Positions 28,598 through 37,141 are shown, counted from the stretch's first letter. The stretch: DNA of 44,757 nucleotides from Deltaproteobacteria bacterium UBA4427 (GCA_963854795.1 CAWLAJ010000002.1:1-44757); one strand, 5' to 3'. Notes: generated from the sequence alone by a model not told the origin. Made by a program: numbers and translations.

Positions 28598-29725
28598 CTA
28601 GGAATTCCCCAGATCTCGTTCGAGAATGTCCACGATTCGCGCGGCCGCTCCGCCGTCCCAGAGCGCCGGTTGGCGAGTCGTCGTCGGAGGTGATTCGCGA
28701 AGTTTCTGGATCGCGTCTTCGATGGCCGAGGGGTCGGTTCCCACAATTGTATTCGAGCCCTCGGTCACGGTGACTGGTCGCTCCGTACTGTCTCGGAGTG
28801 TAAGACAGGGAACGCCCAATGTGGTCGTTTCCTCTTGAATTCCGCCCGAATCCGTCAGCACCATCTGAGCCTTTGTCATAAGGCATAGAAAGTCGAGGTA
28901 GCCGAGCGGACCGGTCATGAGCAGGTCCGGCTTCGCCCCCCCGAGGTGTTGTTCGATCGCCTTTGCCGTTCTCGGATGAGCTGGAAAGACGACGGGCAGC
29001 TCGCGATTGAGCTTGCCCAGTACTTCGAAGAGTCGTCGTAGTTGCTCGGGCGAGTCCACATTGCTTGGGCGGTGCAATGTCAGAACCGCATAACGTCCGG
29101 GTTGGAGGTCGAGGCGTTCGACGGTGTCGAGTTGCCGGGCACGCTCGCGATGGGCGAGCAATGTATCGATCATGACGTTCCCGACGAAGTGGATCTTGTC
29201 GGCCGGGATGCCCTCGCGAAGTAGGTTCTTCTCCGCGACAGATTCGGTCGTAAAGAGCCACTGGGAAACCGAATCCGTCAATACGCGGTTCAGTTCTTCC
29301 GGCATCTCGCGATCCCAGGATCGAAGACCGGCTTCGACGTGGGCGACGGGAATCTGCAGCTTGATCGCGGCGAGTGTTGCCGCGAGGGTCGAGTTCACAT
29401 CTCCGACCACGAGGACGACATGAGGTTGTCTTTCGATCAGCAGCTCCTCGATTTTCATCAGGACCTGGGCGGTCTGCACGGCATGAGAACCCGATCCGAC
29501 GCCCAGGTTGACGTCGGGCTCGGGAATTCCGAGCTCGCTGAAAAACGACTCGGACATCGCCTTGTCATAGTGCTGACCGGTATGCACCAGGATGGGTTCG
29601 AAGGTCTCGAGCCGTTTCGCGAACTCGTGCATCAATGGGGCAATTTTCATGAAATTGGGTCGGGCGCCCGCGACGGCGAGGACTCGGATTTTTTCATTTG
29701 CTTTGGCACGCGGCGGGGCAGGCAT
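28598..29725 (-). CDS. wecB: UDP-N-acetylglucosamine 2-epimerase (non-hydrolysing)
   Basis: IRVLAVAGARPNFMKIAPL, HTGQHYD, VLVVGDVNSTLA, HVEAGLRS, DSGGIQEE. Start at MPAPPRAK (29725). The stop abuts the exosortase ATG (TAGATG). Confidence 0.92.
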   Translation of the reverse strand: MPAPPRAKANEKIRVLAVAGARPNFMKIAPLMHEFAKRLETFEPILVHTGQHYDKAMSESFFSELGIPEPDVNLGVGSGSHAVQTAQVLMKIEELLIERQPHVVLVVGDVNSTLAATLAAIKLQIPVAHVEAGLRSWDREMPEELNRVLTDSVSQWLFTTESVAEKNLLREGIPADKIHFVGNVMIDTLLAHRERARQLDTVERLDLQPGRYAVLTLHRPSNVDSPEQLRRLFEVLGKLNRELPVVFPAHPRTAKAIEQHLGGAKPDLLMTGPLGYLDFLCLMTKAQMVLTDSGGIQEETTTLGVPCLTLRDSTERPVTVTEGSNTIVGTDPSAIEDAIQKLRESPPTTTRQPALWDGGAAARIVDILERDLGNS

Positions 29726-29864
29726 GGAGATTTCCTGAGGGGGTGAAGGACCTAGTCGGCACTGTGTCGTACGCCTCGTCCACCCGGAATGGCCGGAAGT
29801 CGACAACGCTTGGATGGCGTCCTTTTGGGATAGTCGGGAATTCAGACTTCCTTCTTTAGCATGC

Positions 29865-29878
29865 GAGCCCGCGGGCTC
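29865..29878. promoter_or_regulatory. Perfect 14-bp palindrome GAGCCCGCGGGCTC in the divergent control region
   Basis: Read directly. The sequence is self-complementary. Function unknown. Confidence 0.3.
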
Positions 29879-30190
29879 TCTCCCAGACGCCCCGAAATCC
29901 TAGAAGCGTGTCGTCGTCATTCCCCTGGGGTCCATTTCGTCGAACGCAGGGGAGCTGGAGCGCTCTAGATTATCCGGAGAGAAAAATCCCCCAAAAGATG
30001 AACTTTGATTGACCGATGAGGGAAGAGAGTTTCCTACCGGGAATTCGAGTATCCATTTTCGGCATCTTTTTCCACATTTCTGGGAAATAGAAGGCCACCT
30101 CTCTGTAAGATACGGCCACAATCCGGGTGACTGCATAGGGTGATCCGGATTATGGAACGGCGTTTGACGTTCTACCTGGGAAACAGTGTA

Positions 30191-30218
30191 GCGAAAATCA
30201 TCCAAATTCGATTTTCGC
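30191..30218 (+). promoter_or_regulatory. Perfect 9-bp inverted repeat GCGAAAATC-N10-GATTTTCGC abutting the GGGGAG purine run, 20 nt upstream of the second EBP gene
   Basis: Read directly. The arms at 30191-30199 and 30210-30218 are exact reverse complements. Confidence 0.4.
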
Positions 30219-30237
30219 GGGGAGTTCTACTGATTCG

Positions 30238-31656
30238 ATGACAGGACAAGCGACCGTTCTCGTGATCGATGACGATCCCGGAATTCGAGATTACCTGGAA
30301 ACCCTCGTGATCCGTCAGGGCTATCGCGTCTTTACCGCCGCCGATGGCGAAAGTGCGTTGGAAAATCTCGATACTACGCGACCCGATTTGATCACACTCG
30401 ATGCGGTGCTCCCGGGTATGGATGGGCTCGAAACGCTTCGGCGGATCAAACAACGGGCTCCCGAAGTTCCCGTGATCATGCTTTCGGGCCATGGCCAGGC
30501 ACGTACGATCGTCGAAGCCATGCGTCTGGGTGCCACCGACTTCCTGCGAAAACCCTTCGAGGTGGAAGAACTGGAGCTGGCCTTTCGCAAAGCGCTCGAA
30601 AACCGCGCGCTCGAAGAAGAGGTGAAGAGTCTACGCGGTCGAGTGCGAACCGAAGTCGACGGTCTGCCGATGGGCGGCGACAGCCCGAAGATGCGCGAAG
30701 TGCGTGAGATCATCGAACAAGTTGCTGACACAGACATTACCGTCCTCGTACGAGGAGAGAGCGGAACGGGCAAGGAAGTCGTCGCTCGCGCTCTCTTCCA
30801 ACTCGGCAATCGACGCAATCGACCCTTCGTGAAGGTGAATTGCGCGGCGCTGCCTTCGGAGCTGCTCGAGAGCGAGCTCTTCGGTTTCGAGCGCGGAGCG
30901 TTTACGGGTGCCCTGAAGCGCAAGCTTGGGAAATTTGAGTACGCGAATCAGGGAACGATCTTCCTCGATGAGATCTCGGAGATGGCTCCCGGCCTCCAGG
31001 CCAAGCTCTTGCAGGTCTTACAGGACGGTGAGTTCTCTCGACTCGGTGGAGAGAGCGACGTGCGAGTCGATGCACGGATCATCGCAGCGACGAATCGAAA
31101 TCTCGAGGAGGCGGTTCGCAATCAAGAGTTCCGAGAGGATCTCTACTATCGCCTGAACGTCGTGACGATCTTGATTCCGCCGCTCCGCGAGCGAATAGAC
31201 GCGGTTCCCCTGCTCGTCGAGCATTTCTTGCGCATGTACAACGAGCAGTACAAGAAGGATCTCGAGAAGCTCTCGCCGGAAACGATGAAGCTGCTGATGG
31301 AATACCACTGGCCCGGCAACGTTCGCGAGCTCGAGAACATGATCAAGCGCATGGTCGTGCTCGGCAGCGAGCAGACAGTTCTCCACGAACTCAGTCAGCC
31401 TCCGCCGATCAGAAAAGTCAGCGCGGATCAAGAGGAGCTCGATCTCGCAGCGCTCGGCGCGGACTTTTCGAATTGTCAGGAGCTGGATCTGAAGGCGATT
31501 TCGAAGCGTGCCTCACAGATTGCAGAAAAGAAGGTGATCGAGCGGGTTCTCGGCCTGACACGCTGGAATCGAAAAGAGGCAGCTGGGCGTTTGCAGATCA
31601 GTTACAAGGCGCTGCTCTACAAGATGAAAGAAAACGGATTGAGCGAGGGGCGCTAG
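30238..31656 (+). CDS. Sigma-54-dependent response regulator, paralogue of 24153..25646 (PEP-CTERM-box regulator PrsR-like)
   Basis: REC: VLVIDDDPGIR...DLITLDAVLPGMDG...LRKPF. AAA+: LVRGESGTGKEVV, ESELFGFERGAFTGA, TIFLDEISEM, WPGNVRELENMIKR. HTH: WNRKEAAGRLQISYKALLYKM. Confidence 0.92.
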   Translation: MTGQATVLVIDDDPGIRDYLETLVIRQGYRVFTAADGESALENLDTTRPDLITLDAVLPGMDGLETLRRIKQRAPEVPVIMLSGHGQARTIVEAMRLGATDFLRKPFEVEELELAFRKALENRALEEEVKSLRGRVRTEVDGLPMGGDSPKMREVREIIEQVADTDITVLVRGESGTGKEVVARALFQLGNRRNRPFVKVNCAALPSELLESELFGFERGAFTGALKRKLGKFEYANQGTIFLDEISEMAPGLQAKLLQVLQDGEFSRLGGESDVRVDARIIAATNRNLEEAVRNQEFREDLYYRLNVVTILIPPLRERIDAVPLLVEHFLRMYNEQYKKDLEKLSPETMKLLMEYHWPGNVRELENMIKRMVVLGSEQTVLHELSQPPPIRKVSADQEELDLAALGADFSNCQELDLKAISKRASQIAEKKVIERVLGLTRWNRKEAAGRLQISYKALLYKMKENGLSEGR

Positions 31657-31676
31657 TGCCCGCTCGCTGGAGACTC

Positions 31677-32282
31677 ATGATGAACCGTGTTCGAAAATTC
31701 TCCCGACCGCTTGCGATCGTGGCGATGGCCGTCTTCGCAATGGGCTGCTTCGGCAAGGGGCTGCCCATGCCACCCGAACCGGCGGCGGGTGAACGCGAAG
31801 ACTACGTGATCGGAATTCCGGATCAGTTGAGGATCGTGGTCTGGCGGAATCCAGAACTCACGGTCGTCGTTCCCGTCCGGCGCGACGGCAAGATTTCGGT
31901 TCCCCTGGTCGACGACGTCCAGGCCGAAGGACTGACGCCGGAAGAGTTGAAAGAAGTCCTGACCGAGGCGCTGGCAGAGTTCGTGACGGCACCGGACGTG
32001 ACCGTGATCGTCGAGGCGATCAACAGCCATACCGTCACGGTCATTGGGGGAGTCGGACGATCGGGTCAGATTGCACTGGTGCGACAGATGCGTGTTCTCG
32101 AGGCGATCGCATCGATGGGTGGCTTCAACGCCTGGGCCAAGAAGGATCGTGTGAAGATCATGCGCGAAGTCGACGGCGAACTCGTCGAGTACGTCTTCAA
32201 CTATGGCGCATACAGTTCGGGCAAAGCGCCTGATTCGAACCTCCTACTTCGGCCGGGTGACACCGTTGTCGTGCCGGAATAG
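31677..32282 (+). CDS. Polysaccharide export lipoprotein (Wza/Poly_export + SLBB type, PEP-CTERM-locus subfamily-like)
   Basis: Lipoprotein signal MMNRVRKFSRPLAIVAMAVFAMGC, then YVIGIPDQLRIVVWRNPELT...VRRDGKISVPLVDDVQAEGLTPEEL...LLLRPGDTVVVPE. GGAG lies 5 nt upstream of ATG 31677. The track start at 31473 overlaps the EBP gene. Confidence 0.85.
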   Translation: MMNRVRKFSRPLAIVAMAVFAMGCFGKGLPMPPEPAAGEREDYVIGIPDQLRIVVWRNPELTVVVPVRRDGKISVPLVDDVQAEGLTPEELKEVLTEALAEFVTAPDVTVIVEAINSHTVTVIGGVGRSGQIALVRQMRVLEAIASMGGFNAWAKKDRVKIMREVDGELVEYVFNYGAYSSGKAPDSNLLLRPGDTVVVPE

Positions 32283-32294
32283 ACGAGGCCGGAG

Positions 32295-33596
32295 ATGCAT
32301 CGTGCGCAGGGTTGCGCGTTATGGGGGTCGGTATTGATGCTTGCAGCAGCATCGACAGAAGCGCGGGAAATGAATTTCCTGGTCGACAGCAATCTCGGCT
32401 GGGATAGCAATGTCTTTCAGCGTTCGAGTCAGATGAGATCCGACGGTTATTGGGAATTCTCTCCGCGCGTGATCGTGCGCGACTCCCGGGAGGAGCTCGA
32501 ATACGATTTTCGCTACCGGCCGACCTTCCAGGCCTTCTTCAACGAGGACAACATCGACATCGACGACTGGGATCATAACGCACGCGCGGATATCGATTGG
32601 CGCGCGACGCCCGCAGATACTCTCACGTTAGGTGGCAGTATCACGCGCACGCGAGTGGTTCGACAATTCCAGGACGATCCGGCCCCGATCACTCCGCCCG
32701 ACCCGGAAGCGTTCCTACTCGGCGAATCGGATCGTGAGCTCATCCTTCGATCCCTGGCTCAGCTGGGCTATCGACGAAGTTTCGGCGCCGACTTGTCTGG
32801 TCGACTCGATTTCAATTTCGAAGACATCGACTATCTCAGCGATCAGAGCGTCGACACACGCAGCTATTCCGCCTCCGCAGGTGCGACACGCGTCTTCAGT
32901 CCTCGAACGCAAGCGGGTCTTTCGGCCACCGGCCGAATTCGGCAGGGCCGAGGAATCGATTTCCTGCCATTTCCCGCCATCGGTCAGTTCAGTAGCCGGA
33001 CACTGACCGGCGACTTCTCCTTCTACGTACTGCAGGCGATTACGCCATCACTCAGCCTCAGTGTTCGAGCGGGCCCGTCGGTCACCCGAACCGAGCAGGA
33101 CGCGCCGCCTTCGCTGCAATTCGATCCGATCACTGGTTTGCGCCGAGGGCGCACTTCCTCGGAGCAGAGCGTGTCCTTCGTCGCCGACGTCAGCCTGGAC
33201 AAGCAGTGGCGTAATTCGAAGGGCAAGATCGGGTATACGAGATTTGAATCGGGAACCGGTGGCTCGTCCTCGGCTTCGATCGTGGATCAGGTCAATGTTT
33301 CACTGAATCATCGACCGGCGCGACGGGTGACGATCAATCTGGTCGTCAGTTGGAATCAGCGCGAAGTGATCTCGGAGCTGGAGTCTTCGGCCCAGCGCGG
33401 TTTTCAGCGCTACTCCGGCACGGCGGCTGCGTCCTACGAGATCACCCGCAAGGTCTCCATACTTGGCCGCTTTTCGTATAGCCGATCCGACAATCAGACT
33501 CGAACGGGTTCGCCACAGAACACCGAAACAGCGAAAACTGAGATCATGCGCGGCTCCATCATTTTCCGTTACTCATTCGACCCCGTGCGGTTCTAG
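32295..33596 (+). CDS. Outer-membrane beta-barrel protein (PEP-CTERM-system-associated OMP-like)
   Basis: Signal-like ALWGSVLMLAAASTEA, alternating amphipathic segments throughout, and a C-terminal ...IIFRYSFDPVRF ending in Phe. Confidence 0.7.
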   Translation: MHRAQGCALWGSVLMLAAASTEAREMNFLVDSNLGWDSNVFQRSSQMRSDGYWEFSPRVIVRDSREELEYDFRYRPTFQAFFNEDNIDIDDWDHNARADIDWRATPADTLTLGGSITRTRVVRQFQDDPAPITPPDPEAFLLGESDRELILRSLAQLGYRRSFGADLSGRLDFNFEDIDYLSDQSVDTRSYSASAGATRVFSPRTQAGLSATGRIRQGRGIDFLPFPAIGQFSSRTLTGDFSFYVLQAITPSLSLSVRAGPSVTRTEQDAPPSLQFDPITGLRRGRTSSEQSVSFVADVSLDKQWRNSKGKIGYTRFESGTGGSSSASIVDQVNVSLNHRPARRVTINLVVSWNQREVISELESSAQRGFQRYSGTAAASYEITRKVSILGRFSYSRSDNQTRTGSPQNTETAKTEIMRGSIIFRYSFDPVRF

Positions 33597-33602
33597 GGGC
33601 TG

Positions 33603-35258
33603 GTGAACGAAATGAACCTCGAACAAGGCAATCAACAAAGCATCCAGATCCCCGATCTTTTCGGGATCTTGCGTCGTCGCGGGAAGCTCATCGCGATCGT
33701 CGCGGGCGTCGTGATTCTGGTGACATTCTGGATCGCGATGGCGCTGCCGAATCTCTATACCTCGTACGCGGTAATTCTCGTCGAGCCTCAGTCCGTGGAC
33801 GAGAGCCTCGTGGATTCCGGCGTGCGAGAAGCGGCACTCAGCGAGCGACTCGGACTGATGACGGCTGAGATCCTCAGTCGCGCGCGGCTGTCGAAGATCA
33901 TCACCGACATGGATCTCTACGTAAACGAGCGAGAGGATATGCAGCGATTCGAAGTGGTCGAGTTGATGCGCTCGTTTTTCGCGGTCGAACCGGTTGTGAC
34001 CGAGCTCGAGGAACGACGCAATCGCAACAAGGAACAACCCTTCCGAACATTCAAGATCATCTTTCAGAACGAGCGGCCCCATGTCGCGCGGGACGTCACC
34101 CAGCTGATCGCGAACGATTTCATCAATGCAAACATCAATTCGCGAACCGACATCACAAAGAAGAGCCTCGAATTCATGCAGGATGAAATCGACTCCCTGA
34201 CGGGTGCACTGTCGGGTGTTGAATCCCGGATTGGTGAGGTCAAGGCAGCGAATGCGGGTCGACTGCCGGAGGAATTGAATGCGCACCAACAGCGACTTCA
34301 GAACACGATCGGAAGTTGGCGCGTCGCGCAGCGATCGCTAGATACCGCCTCCGGCGACGCGGCGTTCTGGGCGAATCAGGTGACGACGGTTTCCGAACTG
34401 TCGACGGACGTCAATCCGACGAGTCCGATCTATCGCAGGCGCGCCCTCGAAATCGAGCGTGGCAGTCTTTTGGCCCGCGGCTTCACGAACAGACACCCGG
34501 ACGTCATCCACGTCGAAGCAGAACTCGTGATTCTCGAGGACCAGATTGCGGGGCTCGGCGAAGATGGCCAGGAGCCTCTAAGTCAGGGCGAGCAGAGCGC
34601 ACTCGCACAGCAGAATCGCGCCGAACTTCGCGCCGAAGCGGCGGCGGAGGAAGTCAAGCGGCTCGAGGAGGGGATCGTCGAGCTCGAGGCCAGGCTGGCC
34701 GCGACACCTGCCGTCGCCGAACAACTCGACGCCTTGCAGCGCGAATATGACCATCTCTACCTGAGCTACCAGGATTTCAGCAACCGCCTCCAGCAAGCCG
34801 GCGTCCAAGCCGATCTCGAGCGACGTCAGCTCGGTGAACGATTTCGAATCCTGGAGCCCGCCGAGCAGGCGGGTGAGCCGAGCTCGCCGAATCGAATTCT
34901 ACTTCTCATTCTCGGGACTGTTTTTGGCCTGGCACTCGGCGCCGGCGTTGGGATGGCGTCCGAGATCACGGATTCATCGGTTCATACGTCGACGGCGCTT
35001 CAGATCGCGCTCGGTATTCCCGTTCTCATTTCGGTCCCAAGGATCATGCTCGAACCGGATCGGCTCGCGCGTTCGCGACGGATCCTGCGCGAGTCGTTGG
35101 CCGCCGTCGGCGTGGTGGTCTTCGTGCTGCTCGGGGGTGTGGCGACCTACTACTTCGTGAACGGGGGTGGCTCCAACCGACCCACTTCGAATGAAGTTGA
35201 ACAGGACAACGATATCGCGACCGAAGCTCGATACGACTACGGCTCGCGGCGCGGGTAG
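33603..35258 (+). CDS. Wzz/GumC-type polysaccharide chain-length determinant (co-polymerase), no kinase domain
   Basis: N-terminal TM LIAIVAGVVILVTFWIAMALPNLY, a long coiled-coil periplasmic region, and a second TM ILLLILGTVFGLALGAGVGM. Confidence 0.85.
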   Translation: MNEMNLEQGNQQSIQIPDLFGILRRRGKLIAIVAGVVILVTFWIAMALPNLYTSYAVILVEPQSVDESLVDSGVREAALSERLGLMTAEILSRARLSKIITDMDLYVNEREDMQRFEVVELMRSFFAVEPVVTELEERRNRNKEQPFRTFKIIFQNERPHVARDVTQLIANDFINANINSRTDITKKSLEFMQDEIDSLTGALSGVESRIGEVKAANAGRLPEELNAHQQRLQNTIGSWRVAQRSLDTASGDAAFWANQVTTVSELSTDVNPTSPIYRRRALEIERGSLLARGFTNRHPDVIHVEAELVILEDQIAGLGEDGQEPLSQGEQSALAQQNRAELRAEAAAEEVKRLEEGIVELEARLAATPAVAEQLDALQREYDHLYLSYQDFSNRLQQAGVQADLERRQLGERFRILEPAEQAGEPSSPNRILLLILGTVFGLALGAGVGMASEITDSSVHTSTALQIALGIPVLISVPRIMLEPDRLARSRRILRESLAAVGVVVFVLLGGVATYYFVNGGGSNRPTSNEVEQDNDIATEARYDYGSRRG

Positions 35259-35273
35259 CGGAAGGAACGGTAA

Positions 35274-36185
35274 GTGTACAACGAGTACTATGGGCTGATT
35301 CGTGCGCCCTTTGAAATGACGCCAGATCCGTCGTTCTTGTACATGGGCGAAGCCCATCGCGAGGGCCTGGCGACGCTCGTCTACGCTGTGAATTCCGGCA
35401 AGGGCTTCGTCATGCTGACTGGGGAAGTGGGAACCGGAAAGACGACCCTCCTGCACGCATTGCTAGGTCAGCTCGACACTTCAACGAATTTCGCATTCCT
35501 ATTCAATCCGAAACTCGACCCACTCGGATTCTTCCGGATGCTCTTCGAGGAACTCGGCGTGGGTCCCGCGTGCGGGACCAAGGCTGAGTATCTTCTCGCT
35601 CTCAATCAGTACTTGATCGAAAAGCTCGCGGCGAATGAGCGAGTGTTGCTGATCGTCGACGAAGCCCAGAATCTCTCGACAGAATTGCTCGAGGAGATTC
35701 GTCTTCTGTCGAACCTCGAAACACCGACCTCGAAGTTGATTCAGATCATGCTCGTTGGTCAGCCCGAATTGCAGGAACTGATCGATCAGCCCGAACTCCG
35801 TCAACTTCGACAGCGCATTTCGCTGCGTCATCACCTTCGCCCCTTCGACGAGGGCGAAGTGACCGAGTACGTCAGCGCACGATTGAGCAAGGCCGGTTAT
35901 ACAGGCCGAGGCCTCTTCAAGAAGAAAGCCATCCGAGAGTTGTTTCGCGTCACGGAAGGAACGCCTCGGACGATCAACAATGTCTGTGACGGTGCGCTGT
36001 TACTCGGTTATGCGCGTCAGGAAGCATCGATCGATGCGGGGGCGATCAGCGAAATCGCACATGATCTAGGTCTCGTATCGAAAGACGAGTTCGAAGGTAG
36101 GGCGAGTGGAAATGGCAGCATCGGGGGATCGGGAAGTCCCTCTAGGAGCCGCCCCCGGCGTCGTTTGTTTCGGTTTCGCCGATAG
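35274..36185 (+). CDS. ExeA/GspA-like AAA ATPase (PEP-CTERM-locus secretion ATPase-like)
   Basis: YGLIRAPFEMTPDPSFLYMGEAHREGL, Walker A LTGEVGTGKTTLL, Walker B LLIVDEAQNL, TPRTINNVCD. Confidence 0.85.
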   Translation: MYNEYYGLIRAPFEMTPDPSFLYMGEAHREGLATLVYAVNSGKGFVMLTGEVGTGKTTLLHALLGQLDTSTNFAFLFNPKLDPLGFFRMLFEELGVGPACGTKAEYLLALNQYLIEKLAANERVLLIVDEAQNLSTELLEEIRLLSNLETPTSKLIQIMLVGQPELQELIDQPELRQLRQRISLRHHLRPFDEGEVTEYVSARLSKAGYTGRGLFKKKAIRELFRVTEGTPRTINNVCDGALLLGYARQEASIDAGAISEIAHDLGLVSKDEFEGRASGNGSIGGSGSPSRSRPRRRLFRFRR

Positions 36186-36224
36186 CTCCGTGGCGAGCCG
36201 AGAAGAGTTTTAGGGAGAGAATAG

Positions 36225-37067
36225 ATGCCCAAGCATTACGAAGCGCTGCAGCGCGCGGAACAGGAACGGCGCCGGAAGATTTCCGGCATCGATTCTCCAG
36301 ATCCCGCCGCCGTTCCCTTTGAGGGACCGAGCGCGCGGACAAGAGTCGAGCGCCACGGCTTCTTCCGTCGCTTGCTTCGCGCGCAGCCGAACAGGACGAT
36401 CGAAGATGCGGCAGACGCCAACAAGCGTCGCATCGCATTGCTGCAGCCGGACTCCTACGTGGCTGAGCAATACCGGAGCCTTCGTGGTCGAATCGATTCG
36501 CTCGCTTCCCAACGACCACTCAAGACTCTCGCCGTGACCAGCGCCAACTCCGGCGAAGGCAAATCGACCTGTTCCGTGAATCTTGCGACCGTCACGGCAA
36601 TGAGTGTCGGGCGAAGCGTCCTCTTGATCGACTGCGATCTGCGACGGCCGAAAGTTCATTTGACACTCGGACTGCAGCCACAGGTCGGCCTTGCGGAGGT
36701 GTTGCTCAACCAGGCGACGATCGACGAAGCCATCCAGAAACTCGATGGCGTGAATCTCGATGTCTTGCCTGTGCGCACGATCCCACAGAACCCTTCGGAG
36801 TTGTTGGCCTCTCCCGAGATGCGCAAGCTGATCGAGGATGTTTCAGGCCGCTATGACCGAATCATTCTCGACACGCCGGCCTGTCTTGGTCTACCTGATG
36901 CCAAGAGTGTTTCCGAGATCTGCGATGGGCTCGTCATGGTCGTACGAGCCGGCGTGACGCCGCAGGAAGAAGTCCAAGCGGCGCTCGATATTCTCGATCG
37001 CCGGCGCGTCGTCGGATTGGTGCTGAACGGATCCGAGGCGACCCGCGAACAATACGGGTACTATTAA
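36225..37067 (+). CDS. BY-kinase catalytic subunit (polysaccharide tyrosine autokinase) with a C-terminal Tyr cluster
   Basis: Walker A VTSANSGEGKST, A' LLIDCDLRRPKVH, Walker B RIILDTPA, C-terminus ...EQYGYY. GGGAGAG RBS upstream. Confidence 0.88.
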   Translation: MPKHYEALQRAEQERRRKISGIDSPDPAAVPFEGPSARTRVERHGFFRRLLRAQPNRTIEDAADANKRRIALLQPDSYVAEQYRSLRGRIDSLASQRPLKTLAVTSANSGEGKSTCSVNLATVTAMSVGRSVLLIDCDLRRPKVHLTLGLQPQVGLAEVLLNQATIDEAIQKLDGVNLDVLPVRTIPQNPSELLASPEMRKLIEDVSGRYDRIILDTPACLGLPDAKSVSEICDGLVMVVRAGVTPQEEVQAALDILDRRRVVGLVLNGSEATREQYGYY

Positions 37068-37141
37068 TCGGCCGACATCGTTAGGCGGCCCTTCATGAGC
37101 GGTCGAGTTGGCTGGTCATCCCGGATCTGGAGAACGCAGCG

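Noticed and set aside
27660-29261. 533-aa minus-strand ORF spanning the exosortase and wecB genes
   Set aside because: It lies out of frame over two genes with clear family motifs. Its product is Arg/Pro/Ser/Gly-rich with no recognisable motif. This is a typical long spurious frame in GC-rich DNA.
29704-29720. TGGCAC-gcggcg-GGGCA sigma-54-like element
   Set aside because: The GC of the putative -12 element is 13, not 12, nt from the GG, and sigma-54 spacing is strict. The element lies inside the wecB N-terminal coding sequence and points away from it, about 500 bp from the next plus-strand gene.
29900-30205. 101-aa minus-strand ORF in the AT-rich control region (and a 24-codon plus-strand ORF at 30016-30090)
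   Set aside because: There is no RBS and no recognisable motif. Codon usage is dominated by A/T-ending codons, unlike all confident genes in the window. I treat it as non-coding regulatory DNA unless expression data say otherwise.
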